A stretch of 64,000 nt of DNA from Dehalococcoidia bacterium (GTDB lineage: Bacteria > Chloroflexota > Dehalococcoidia > Lucifugimonadales > Australimonadaceae). This document shows, piece after piece, positions 8,511 through 22,087 of the stretch (its first letter is position 1; every line of letters starts with the position of its first letter). Under the pieces are notes generated by a model. That model saw nothing but the letters and a program-made list of their open reading frames with translations. It had not been told where the DNA came from and did not search any database. The translations under genes and the position numbers were made by a program. The stretch is taken from contig OZ252105.1 of NCBI GenBank assembly GCA_965248455.1, positions 2,333,360 through 2,397,359 on the forward strand. Direction: 5' to 3'.

Positions 8511-9851
8511 CTACGCCGGGCAGTTCGGGTTACCAGCGGCAACCTTGCGCCGCTCGGTCGTGTAGTCGAACCAGGGTCCTTCGGCAGGGATCAGCACCGC
8601 GTCCGATCTGATCGCGTAGACCTCCGGTTCGATCACCTCGCTGGGAGTCTCTCCCGTCTCGGCGAACGCCTTGGCGGTACGGATGAGACGCCTGCGCATC
8701 GAGATGATGCCGAGATCCGACGTGCCGAGATGCTCTTGCGTACGGTCGAATATCTTCCCCATGCTGAGCTGCGGAGCAGCGTCCTGCGCCCAGAACTCGG
8801 CGATACCGGAGAAGGTCTCGAACTTCTGCATCTCCCTGTCCTGGTGGAAGTCGTTTTCGATGGAGAGTGCGGGACGCCAGCGCCCGAACGGCGCGCTGGA
8901 GACGGGGGCGCGGTTCTCCGGCGATATGTTCCAGACTCCGGCCTTGGTGAGCAGGTTCTCGCGCTGCTCTCCAGTGAAGGGCCTCGTCGGGTGGAACGTC
9001 ACTCCGATGACGAAAACGTTCTCATCGTCGATGGGTACCCACGCGCGCCAGTTCCGTGTCGGGTTGTCGCCGTAAGGCCCGGTCATGGTGTGGAAGGGCA
9101 TCAGGTGCTGGCTGATGCGCCAGTAGCGTTCGCCGTCGGGTGTTTCGCGTCCGGAGCCGATGCAGACCCCGTAATCGGTTTCCACCACCTGGAAACGGGG
9201 GTGGGTGTCGTAGTGCCGGATGGCATCCACCCCTGCCCGTGGGGACAGTGGGTCCAGACGGAGCCGCGAGTGCACGAAGGAGACGTGGCTCTGGTCGAGA
9301 TCCCCTTCCATCCCCTGTACCCAGTTCGAGTACTGCACCCGCTTGGACGCGACGATGTGATCCTCCGGCAGACCCAGCCACTCTAAGGCCGGTAGTGGAG
9401 GGGGTTCGTCTTTCGACCCCATGTACGCCCAGATCATGCCCGCTCGTTCAACCACCGGATACGACACCGTGCGCACCTTCCACTGGAAGTTGCTGTCCGG
9501 CGGCTCACTCGGCATGTCGACGCATCTGCCTGCCACGTCGAACTTCCATCCGTGGTAGATGCACCGGAGTCCGTCCTTCTCGTTCCGGCCGAAGTAGAGC
9601 GATGCACCACGGTGCGGGCACCGCTCGGCAATCAGTCCCGGTTTGCCAGAGGAGTCGCGTATCGCCAAGAGATCCTCGCCCAACAACCGGACCCGTTCCG
9701 GCGAGCCGTTGGACTCGACCTCCCAAGAGAAGAGGAAGGGTATCCAGTACTCGCGGAGCAGATTCCCCATCGGGGTGCGCGCCCCGACTCGCGTCAGCAG
9801 TTCGTTGTCCGTGGCGCTCAGCATGTTCGCACTCCTTAGCAAGCTACTCAC
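8511..9851 (-). CDS. Rieske [2Fe-2S] non-heme-iron oxygenase, alpha subunit (paralogue of 5819..7144)
   Basis: 446 aa. CPHRGASLYFGRNEKDGLRCIYHGW and NWVQGMEGDLDQSHVSFVH. Confidence 0.9.
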   Translation of the reverse strand: MSSLLRSANMLSATDNELLTRVGARTPMGNLLREYWIPFLFSWEVESNGSPERVRLLGEDLLAIRDSSGKPGLIAERCPHRGASLYFGRNEKDGLRCIYHGWKFDVAGRCVDMPSEPPDSNFQWKVRTVSYPVVERAGMIWAYMGSKDEPPPLPALEWLGLPEDHIVASKRVQYSNWVQGMEGDLDQSHVSFVHSRLRLDPLSPRAGVDAIRHYDTHPRFQVVETDYGVCIGSGRETPDGERYWRISQHLMPFHTMTGPYGDNPTRNWRAWVPIDDENVFVIGVTFHPTRPFTGEQRENLLTKAGVWNISPENRAPVSSAPFGRWRPALSIENDFHQDREMQKFETFSGIAEFWAQDAAPQLSMGKIFDRTQEHLGTSDLGIISMRRRLIRTAKAFAETGETPSEVIEPEVYAIRSDAVLIPAEGPWFDYTTERRKVAAGNPNCPA

Positions 9852-9855
9852 ATGA

Positions 9856-10479
9856 TCAGTCTACATCATAGGTAGAGGTTAGTTGGCCTTCAAGTCCGTT
9901 CCGGCGGACCGCTACCCTTATCTTCGGCCCTGAGGGCTGCCTGTAGAGGATGCCGTAACGCCGCCGGCCTCGACTTGGGCGGCTTTCATGTTGGCGACGT
10001 CCGGAGTTGTGACGCCGAGGTCGGCCCAGGTATTGCCGCTGTCGCCGCTCGTGAAGAGGCGGCCTGAGCGCGTGGCGAGGAAAGACACGACCGGGGACCT
10101 CGGGGCCGACTGCTATCGCCTCCGGGAAGCCGCGCACCACCTCTTCGCCCGCGTCCAACTCATGCCAGGTCTCGCCCGCGTCGCGAGAGCGTATGAGTGT
10201 AGCCTCCGCGCCGGACTCGCGGGCGCGCCACTGGCCGGGGTTGCCGTTCGCCACCACCGAGTACATGACGGGCGGGTCAGACGGGTCGTAGGCGAAGGAG
10301 ACGGAGTACTCGTTCTGGAACTCCAGGGCGATAGGCAGCCAACTCTCGCCTCGGTCGAGGCTCCGATAGAGGCTGCGGTCCGGCAAAGCGCCGGGGCGTA
10401 GCCCCTCGCCGTCGCTGGATATGTAGAGCTTGGCGGTGTCGCGGGGGTCGGTGAGGATGGCGTGCACGTCTTCATCTAG
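9856..10479 (-). pseudogene. BNR/Asp-box repeat (sialidase / Ycf48-like beta-propeller) gene remnant, 5'-truncated by IS481 and frameshifted
   Basis: Asp-box motifs SLDRGESW and SRDAGETW lie in one frame. A third, SGDSGNTW, is only readable after a frameshift near 10090. The ORF N-terminus runs into the IS terminal repeat at 10476. Confidence 0.7.
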
Positions 10480-11153
10480 GTGTAGTTCCCAAGGACGTTG
10501 TTGACAGGCGCGAGGCGGGAGTAGCCCCGCCAATGCCGGACAAGGAAGGCGGCAGCAGTCGGGCCGCGTTCGTCCGGCAGGGCCTCGACGTAGGCATAGC
10601 GGGAGTGGTCATCCACGGCCACGTGGAGGAAGTCGAAACCGAGGCGGGGGCCGCGCTGAGGACCACTGTGGGTCTCCGCGAAGCCGGGCAGGATGCGCTT
10701 GCCGCCACCCTGTGGGATGCGGCCGAGTTTCTTGATGTCGAGGTGAACCAGCGCGCCCGGGCGGGCATGCTCGTAGCGAACGATCTCCCGGGTGGTGCGA
10801 TGGAGCCACGCGAGGCGATGGAGTCCGGCGCGGCGCAGGACGGCGTAGACGGTGGAGGGGGCGATGCCCAACCTCCACCCGATGCGGTGCGGCCCCCAGG
10901 CAAGCATGCGTCGTGCAGTGCAGATGGCTGCTTCCTGCAGCTGATCGGTTTGGCGGGGGCTGCGCAGGGGACGGCTGGAGCGGTCGAGGAGCGCGTCTGG
11001 CCCACCTTCACGGAACCGCCGCACCCACTTGGTGACGGTCGCGCGGGAGACGCGGAACAAGCGGGCTACTTCGGCTTGGGGCCAGCCGGACAACACCTGT
11101 TCGACCAACTCGGCGCGGGTCACGGGGGTCAAGCGTGCGTTACGATGGGTCAT
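10476..11153 (-). pseudogene. IS481-family DDE transposase, truncated by internal deletion
   Basis: Identical to the 311-aa transposase up to ...AAAFLVR. It then jumps out of frame into the last codons, so the TDNG and TNGKAE catalytic boxes are missing. Confidence 0.85.
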
Positions 11154-11245
11154 GAGGGGCCTCCTGTTACTGCTGGGTTTCGTTCACACAACAGCAACAG
11201 CGGGGCCTCTCACTTGTCAACAACCTCTATGGGAACTACACCTAG
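10476..11245 (-). mobile_element. IS481-family insertion sequence, internally deleted copy (~285 bp missing)
   Basis: Terminal inverted repeats GTGTAGTTCCC(A/T)...GTTGTTGACAGG at both ends, with CTAG on both flanks (10476-10479, 11242-11245). About 99 percent identical to 19284..20330 except for the deletion. Confidence 0.9.
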
Positions 11246-11417
11246 CGGACACGGAGGGGAATGAGTTCACCTTATTCAGCCCCCCGGAGTAGGGCTACTC
11301 CAACGGGACCTCCCACAGAAAAGTTCGCAGTACAGTACGCTTGGCCCACCGACGATCCGGTTTGACCCTATAGGGGCGCTCACACATGAGCGGTCCTATA
11401 AGCCCCATATGATGGGC

Positions 11418-11561
11418 CTACTTTGACGGTAGACAGAACTGTCTTAGAGATGTGGCTGTCTTGCGGGTGCCGGTTCTCGGCCTAAATTCCCCCGCCCAGG
11501 CAATACTGTCGTCGAGCAGGGTTCCATCCAGGTCAAAGAATAGAGCCCGGATTGGAATCAT
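11418..11561 (-). pseudogene. HAD-superfamily hydrolase, N-terminal fragment only
   Basis: MIPIRALFFDLDGTLLDDSIAW carries HAD motif I (DxDGT). The reading frame degenerates after ~25 codons. Confidence 0.55.
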
Positions 11562-11580
11562 CGATCCTTCGGTTCCCCCG

Positions 11581-11953
11581 GTGAAGTTGCTCCGCGGAAT
11601 TAACGTCGGCGGTAAGAACAAACTGCCGATGAAGGATCTCGCCGCAGTGTTCCAGGAGGCAGGGTGCGACGATGTCCGGACCTTACATCCAGAGTGGGAA
11701 CGTTCTATTTCGAGCCGATCCGGTGCTGGCAGAAGACATCCCGTCCCTGATCAGTGCGTCAATCTTGAGCCGCTTCGGCTATCGCGTTCCAGTGGTCGCC
11801 CGCACGGCCCGCGAGCTCCAGGAGATCGTGCAGGCCAACCCCTTCGCGGAAGCTGGAGCCGAAGCGAACAAGCTGCTCGTCCTCTTCCTGGCGGAACTAC
11901 CCGACCGGGCGCACGTTGAAGCGCTGGACCCTAATCGCTCACCAGGCGACGAG
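11581..11953 (+). pseudogene. DUF1697 family protein, frameshifted and 3'-truncated
   Basis: VKLLRGINVGGKNKLPMKDLAAVFQEAGCDDVRT continues as YIQSGNVLFRAD... only after a 1-nt shift near 11683. Recognisable similarity ends near 11953. Confidence 0.65.
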
Positions 11954-11970
11954 ACCTGCGAGGAGCAGGT

Positions 11971-12111
11971 CTACGCTTGGAGCCCCTGCTCCGCGGCCAG
12001 CAGCTTGAAGGACCCCGCCACGTTCTCGATGTTTAGGTTCAGCCCCAATGCCTTAGCGCCACGAGAGAGGAAGTCGTGGCGCACGTTGTGGGCGAAACGC
12101 TTGTCCTTCAT
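11971..12111 (-). CDS. possible 46-aa small ORF (MKDKRFAHNVRHDFLSRGAKALGLNLNIENVAGSFKLLAAEQGLQA) in frame behind the gltD stop
   Basis: Strong GC3 bias typical of coding sequence in this genome. Same frame as gltD, and no recognisable family. Confidence 0.3.
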   Translation of the reverse strand: MKDKRFAHNVRHDFLSRGAKALGLNLNIENVAGSFKLLAAEQGLQA

Positions 12112-12138
12112 CCTCTTGGGCACGGCCGACAGGCGCAG

Positions 12139-13594
12139 CTACGCCCAGCTGCGTAGGTCCACGGACGGGAGCGCCGTGGCCCCCATGAGGTAGGCGTCGA
12201 TGCCGTGGGCGGCCTGCCGCCCCTCTGCGATTGCCCACACGACGAGCGACTGGCCTCGCGCCATGTCTCCTGCGGCGAACACTCCGGGCACGCTGGTCAT
12301 CTTGGACACGTCTGTCTTGACGTTGCCTCGTCCGTCGAGCTCAACGCCAAGCTGCTCCAGCATTCCCCCGTGCTGGGGGTGCAGGAAACCCAACGCGAGC
12401 AGCACCAGCGACGCTTCCAACTCGAACTCGCTGCCGGGTGTCTCGGTCATCGTGGGCCGGCCCGTCTCATCCGGCGGACCCCATTCGATGCGGGCTGCGT
12501 GGAGCCGCTCGACACGACCGTTGCTGCCCGATAGACGCTTCGTGAGGATGGAGTAGTCGCGGACGCCGCCTTCCTCGTGGGCCGCGGAGCTGCGCAGGAT
12601 GAGGGGCCACAGGGGCCACGGATTGTTCTTCGACCTCGACGCGGGCGGTTCCGGAAGGATCTCCCATTGCACGACCATCTCCGCACCCTGGCGGTGGGCG
12701 GTCCCCAGGCAGTCGGCGCCGGTGTCGCCGCCGCCCAGAATCATGACCCGCTTGCCCCCGGCTGTGATGCGCTGCTCGGGAGGCACTTCCAGACCACGAT
12801 TGACCCTGTTCTGTTGCGTAAGGTAATCAACTGCCGGGTGTACGCCCTCGAGCTCCTCGCCCGGGACATTCAGCCGACGAGCAATCGTCGAGCCGCCGGT
12901 CAGGCAAACGGCGTCGTACTCGCGCCGCAGGTTGTCCGCGGGAACGTCCACGCCGACGTTGCAACTCGTGCGGAATTCGATTCCCTCCGCGGCCATCAGT
13001 TCGACGCGTCGATTGACAACGCTCTTGTCCAGCTTGAAGTCGGGGATGCCGAGCGTGAGCAGCCCGCCCACGTACTCGTCACGCTCGAAAACCGTGACCA
13101 GATGCCCGGCCCGGTTCAGCTGGACGGCGGCGGCTAGGCCGGCAGGACCGGATCCAACGACGGCGACGCGCTTGCCGGTCCGCTTCTCGGGCGGATGCGG
13201 CGCCATCCATCCCTCGTCGAAGCCGCGGTCCACGATGGCCTTCTCGATGTACTCAATCGTGACGGGCTCCTCGTTGATGGAGAGCACGCAGGAGGCCTCG
13301 CAGGGCGCGGGGCATATCCGGCCCGTGAACTCGGGAAAGTTGTTGGTTGCGTGCAGCGCCGCCAGCGCGTCCTGCCAACGCCCCTTGTACACCAGGTCGT
13401 TCCAGTCGGGGATGAGATTGCCCAGTGGACAACCCTTGTGGCAGAAAGGAAGCGCACAGTTCATGCAGCGCGCGGCCTGAACCCGAGACTTGTCCTCGGA
13501 CCACGCCTCGTAGACCTCGCGGTAGTCCTTCGTTCGCTCTCCGGCGGGCCGGCGCTCAGGGGGCTCGCGCTCGAATTCTAGGAATCCGGTCGCC

Positions 13595-13602
<8 letters not shown>
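12139..13602 (-). CDS. gltD: glutamate synthase (NADPH) small subunit
   Basis: 487 aa. Cys cluster CMNCALPFCHKGCPLGN and dinucleotide folds VVGSGPAGLAAA and ILGGGDTGADC. GTG start overlaps the gltB stop by 8 nt. Confidence 0.95.
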
Positions 13603-18148
<4,546 letters not shown>

Positions 18149-18254
18149 CGATTACTCCTCGGCCTCTCAGCGTTGAATGCAAAGAGTGCGCCTCTCCTGC
18201 TCTTGACGTGGAAGCCTAGAGGAAGAGAACGCTGCTCGACCTTACAGGTACATT

Positions 18255-18290
18255 TACTCTTCAAGAGTAGCAGACTTCAAGAGTAGCAGA
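18255..18290. promoter_or_regulatory. 15-bp perfect palindrome TACTCTTCAAGAGTA overlapping a 2 x 16-bp tandem repeat (CTTCAAGAGTAGCAGA), 107-142 bp upstream of gltB
   Basis: Read directly from the sequence. The function is unknown; it is a candidate operator. Confidence 0.3.
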
Positions 18291-18339
18291 TTCCGCCTCG
18301 TGGTAAAAGGCGCTGTACTCGTTCGGTACATTAGTGACA

Positions 18340-18545
18340 CTCGGCCTCCTTTCGCTAAGCTGTCCATCGGGTGAGGAACTGGGCGGGAGTGAGATAGCCG
18401 AGGGCTTGGTGCGGCCGGACGGTGTTGCAGGCGCCTCCCAGGCCAAAAGCTCGCGGTTCAGGGCGGCGATCTCCAGGGAAGAAGGGGATGACCTCACAGA
18501 ACTCCTCCGTGCGGACGCCGCCGAGGTCGGTTTAGCAGCCCCCTG
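18340..18545 (-). pseudogene. rve-type (IS481/IS3-like) transposase C-terminal fragment, frameshifted
   Basis: Minus-strand frames read ..IAALNRELLAWE.. and ..NTVRPHQALGYLTPAQFLTRWT, the conserved C-terminal tail of integrase-core transposases. The two parts are in different frames. Confidence 0.6.
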
Positions 18546-18627
18546 CCCCACGGGGGACGCGGCTGGTGTCAAGGGCGGAGAGAATTGGGCTATGTGGTGT
18601 TAATGGCCAGATAAGCGTCCTCCCTAA

Positions 18628-18773
18628 GTGGCCAGCAAAAATGTCCCGACGGGCAGGAACGGGGGACGGTGGTACGAGTCACACCTCCACCGCATGCTGG
18701 GGAGCGAGACCTACAAGGGCGCCTGGTGGTACGGCAAGACTCGACAGGTGGGAACGGAGGACGGGACGAGGGA
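18628..18773 (+). pseudogene. large serine recombinase, internal 'recombinase domain' fragment
   Basis: VPTGRNGGRWYESHLHRMLGSETYKGAWWYGKTR matches the P..G..W....v..iL.n..Y.G motif. The fragment ends at the CTAG of a solo IS481 end. Confidence 0.5.
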
Positions 18774-18793
18774 CTAGCTGTAGTTCCCAGGGA
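18774..18793. mobile_element. solo IS481 terminal fragment (20 bp)
   Basis: CTAGCTGTAGTTCCCAGGGA is the exact reverse complement of the right terminus at 20315..20334. Similarity stops after 20 bp. Confidence 0.6.
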
Positions 18794-18879
18794 ACCTGGA
18801 ATCGAGATTCCCGTCCGCCACCTGGTAGTACTGTCTACAGTCCCCTTAGGTCCACCATGACGTACCGAACTGCGAACTC

Positions 18880-19279
18880 GCCCGTTTAGGGCTATCTCTG
18901 CGGCGTCCGCTCCACCTATGGGAGAGTCCTCCGGCGTGGGTATGGAGTAGACGATGGCGGCCTTGCCCGGGCTTGACCTCGATCTCCTTGACGAAGGAGT
19001 AGACGAACGCCTGGTCTGAGTCAGCTCGCTGGTCTTGAGGAACTCGTTCATGTCCTCGGCGAAGGTGGCGATGGTGTCGGCGCTGTCCAGGAACTGCCGC
19101 CGGTCCGAGAGCAGCTTTCTCGCCTCCTCTGCGGCGACCTCCAGCTTCTCCTTGCGGTCCCGGTGCTCCTTGATGCGCTCGGAGGCATCGGCCATCTCGA
19201 TGTCGGTGGTCTCGATGACCTGCCAGATGCGGCTCAGCCGCCGCTTGACCTCCTCAAGCTCTTCCTCGATGGTCTACAC
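18880..19279 (-). pseudogene. large serine recombinase C-terminal coiled-coil region, frameshifted and cut by IS481
   Basis: TIEEELEEVKRRLSRIWQVIETTDIEMADASERIKEH...FLKTSELTQT, then AFVYSFVKEIEVKPG only in another frame, then KAAIVYSIPTPEDSPIG. The upstream part is interrupted at 19280 by the IS. Confidence 0.6.
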
Positions 19280-20334
19280 CTAGGTGTAGTTCCCATAGAG
19301 GTTGTTGACAGGTGCAGGGGCCTCGCTGTTGCTGTTGTGTGAACGAAACCCAGCAGTAACAGGAGGCCCCTCATGGCACATCGTAACGCACGCTTGACCC
19401 CCGTGACCCGCGCCGAGTTGGTCGAACAGGTGTTGTCCGGCTGGCCCCAAGCCGAAGTAGCCCGCTTGTTCCGCGTCTCCCGCGCGACCGTCACCAAGTG
19501 GGTGCGGCGGTTCCGTGAAGGTGGGCCAGACGCGCTCCTCGACCGCTCCAGCCGTCCCCTGCGCAGCCCCCGCCAAACCGGTCAGCTGCAGGAAGCAGCC
19601 ATCTGCACTGCACGACGCATGCTTGCCTGGGGGCCGCACCGCATCGGGTGGCGGTTGGGCATCGCCCGCTCCACCGTCTACGCTGTCCTGCGCCGCGCCG
19701 GACTCCACCGCCTCGCGTGGCTCCATCGCACCACCCGGGAGATCGTTCGCTACGAGCATGCCCGCCCGGGCGCGCTGGTCCACCTCGACATCAAGAAACT
19801 CGGCCGCATTCCGCAGGGTGGCGGCAAGCGCATCCTGCCCGGCTTCGCGGAGACCCACAGTGGTCCTCAGCGCGGCCCCCGCCTCGGTTTCGACTTCCTC
19901 CACGTGGCCGTGGATGACCACTCCCGCTATGCCTACGTCGAGGCCCTGCCGGACGAACGCGGCCCGACTGCCGCCGCCTTCCTTGTCCGGGCACTTGCCC
20001 ACTTCGAGCGCCAGAGCATCGCCGTCGAGCGCATCCTGACCGACAACGGCGCCTGCTACGTGAGCCGCATCTTCACCGACACGGCGGCGGCCAGGAATAT
20101 ACGGTTGAAGCGCACGCGGCCTTTCCGGCCTCAGACCAACGGCAAGGCGGAGGCGTTCAACAAGATCATGCAGGCCGAGTGGGCCTACCAGCGACCGTAC
20201 TACTCCAATGATGAACGGCTCAACGTGCTGCCTGGGTTCCTCGCGTATTACAATCACCGGCGTCCACACGGCGGCATCGGCGGGGCTACTCCCGCCTCGC
20301 GCCTGTAAACAACGTCCCTGGGAACTACAGCTAG
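19280..20334 (+). mobile_element. IS481-family insertion sequence, full-length copy (1047 bp core flanked by CTAG)
   Basis: Inverted termini GTGTAGTTCCCATAGAGGTTGTTGACAGG and CCTGTAAACAACGTCCCTGGGAACTACAG. CTAG at 19280-19283 and 20331-20334. Confidence 0.92.
19373..20308 (+). CDS. IS481-family DDE transposase
   Basis: 311 aa. N-terminal HTH (RLFRVSRATVTKWVRRF) and rve core with HLDIKKL, LTDNG and QTNGKAE boxes. Confidence 0.93.
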   Translation: MAHRNARLTPVTRAELVEQVLSGWPQAEVARLFRVSRATVTKWVRRFREGGPDALLDRSSRPLRSPRQTGQLQEAAICTARRMLAWGPHRIGWRLGIARSTVYAVLRRAGLHRLAWLHRTTREIVRYEHARPGALVHLDIKKLGRIPQGGGKRILPGFAETHSGPQRGPRLGFDFLHVAVDDHSRYAYVEALPDERGPTAAAFLVRALAHFERQSIAVERILTDNGACYVSRIFTDTAAARNIRLKRTRPFRPQTNGKAEAFNKIMQAEWAYQRPYYSNDERLNVLPGFLAYYNHRRPHGGIGGATPASRL

Positions 20335-20378
20335 TCGCCGAGCCGGCTCCGCGCCGAGGATGTCGAGCGCGCGCTCCA

Positions 20379-21986
20379 TCAGACGTTCATCGTAGGCCAA
20401 GGGTTGCCCTCCTCACGCTTCGTGCGCTCCTGCTCTATGAGCACGCGGCGCAAGAGTTTGCCGGACGCGTTCTTGGGGATTGCGTCCGTGAACTCCACCT
20501 CGCGCACCTGCTTGAACGTTGCGACACGCTCTGCGACGAACGCGGTCAACTCATCAGCGGTGGGCTCGGCGTTGGGCTTCCGCACAACGAACGCCTTGGG
20601 AACCTCACCGGCTTCAGCGTCGGCCTTGGGGATGACCGCCGCGTCCGCTACTCCGGGGTGTTCCAGAAGGATGCCCTCCAATTCGGCAGGCGCCACCTGG
20701 AAGCCTTTGTATTTGATGAGCTCCTTCTTGCGGTCGACGACTGATACGTAGCCATCCTCGTCCATGCGCGCGATATCGCCGGTGCGCAGCCAGCCGTCAG
20801 CGTCGATCGTTTCTGCCGTCGCCTCGGGCTGCCGGAAGTAGCCCTTCATCACCTGCGGGCCTCGGACCAGCAGTTCGCCAAGCTCCCCGGCGGGGACATC
20901 GTGCGTGCCGGTTTCGAGATTGACGATGCGCTCTTCCGTGTCAGGGAGGGGAGGGCCGATGGTTCCGGGCTTCGCCCGTTCGCCGACGTAGTCTGCGTTG
21001 GTTACCGGGGAGGTTTCCGTGAGGCCATAGCCTTGAATGACCGGACAACCCAGACGCTGCTGCACACGCACTTGCAGCTCAGCCGAGAGGGGCGCTGCAC
21101 CGCAGAGGACGAACCTCAGCGAGGAGACGTCGTATCCGTCGAGCAGCGGGGTCAGGGATAGACCCAGAGAGACCGGCGGCACAGTGAACAGCGCGGAGAT
21201 GCGGTGCTGCGCGATGAGCGAGAGCAGCAGTTCCATATCGAAACGCCCCATCATCACCTGCGTTGCGCCCGCAGCGATGGCGTTCAGCTGGAGGACGGTC
21301 ATGCCGTAGATGTGGAAGAGCGGCAGATGGACGAGCACGACGTCATCGTGCTGGATGACGCTCACCTCGCCGGGGCGTTCGAGGTATTGGCGAACGTTGG
21401 CGTGCAGGTTGGCATGCGTAAGCATGACGCCCTTCTGCAATCCGGTCGTTCCGGAGGAGAAGGGCAGGGCTGCCAGCTCCTCGCTCGGGTCGATGTCCGG
21501 CACGCGGGGAGCGCCGTCCTGCGCCTCGATGAGGGACCAGAACGAATGTGCGACATCTGCCCCTTCCGTGATAACGATCTGGCGCTTAATCTCCTTCGCG
21601 TCGGGAAGCGCTGCGTTGGCGGCATCGGCCAGCGAGCCGTGAACGATCAGCGCTTGCGCCTCCGACGCGTTCAGCTGGTAGGAGATCTCGCGTTCGCGAT
21701 AACCGGAGTTGATGGTCGTGACGGTTGCGCCAGCTTTGAGGATGCCGAAGAAGGAGATTTCGAATTCGGCGCAGTTGGGGGCGAGCACCCCCACGATGTC
21801 GCCCTTGCCTATGCCCATAGCCGCAAGGGCGGAGGCAAGTTTGTCCGAGTATGCGTGGAGCTCGGCGAATGTGAACCGGCGGTCACCGTCGATGATGGCG
21901 GTCTTGGCAGGCCATCGTTCGGCGGCGCGCTGGAGCAGGCGTTGGAGAGGCTCAGGGTTGTAGGGGGCGATGGAGGCTCTGCTCAT
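20379..21986 (-). CDS. AMP-dependent acyl-CoA / 4-coumarate-CoA-type ligase
   Basis: 535 aa. AMP-binding motif FSSGTTGLQKGV, plus GYGLTE and the C-terminal ..PKNASGKLLRR. Confidence 0.9.
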   Translation of the reverse strand: MSRASIAPYNPEPLQRLLQRAAERWPAKTAIIDGDRRFTFAELHAYSDKLASALAAMGIGKGDIVGVLAPNCAEFEISFFGILKAGATVTTINSGYREREISYQLNASEAQALIVHGSLADAANAALPDAKEIKRQIVITEGADVAHSFWSLIEAQDGAPRVPDIDPSEELAALPFSSGTTGLQKGVMLTHANLHANVRQYLERPGEVSVIQHDDVVLVHLPLFHIYGMTVLQLNAIAAGATQVMMGRFDMELLLSLIAQHRISALFTVPPVSLGLSLTPLLDGYDVSSLRFVLCGAAPLSAELQVRVQQRLGCPVIQGYGLTETSPVTNADYVGERAKPGTIGPPLPDTEERIVNLETGTHDVPAGELGELLVRGPQVMKGYFRQPEATAETIDADGWLRTGDIARMDEDGYVSVVDRKKELIKYKGFQVAPAELEGILLEHPGVADAAVIPKADAEAGEVPKAFVVRKPNAEPTADELTAFVAERVATFKQVREVEFTDAIPKNASGKLLRRVLIEQERTKREEGNPWPTMNV

Positions 21987-22087
21987 GGCTCTGCGTACCT
22001 CCGGGTTACGTCCGGGCGATGTGAAGGTATCCGACCACTACGGAAGTGGTCAACAGATAGAGAACTCAACAGGAGAAGAGGTGGTTT

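Noticed and set aside
8118-9386. Long antisense ORFs opposite real genes: 8118..9386, 14363..15835, 15869..17149, 19280..20269, 31042..32334, 55089..56378, 58227..59036, 52717..53643
   Set aside because: Their products are Arg/Gly/Asp/His-rich low-complexity sequences without motifs. The opposite strand carries strongly supported genes. Such shadow ORFs are expected in high-GC DNA.
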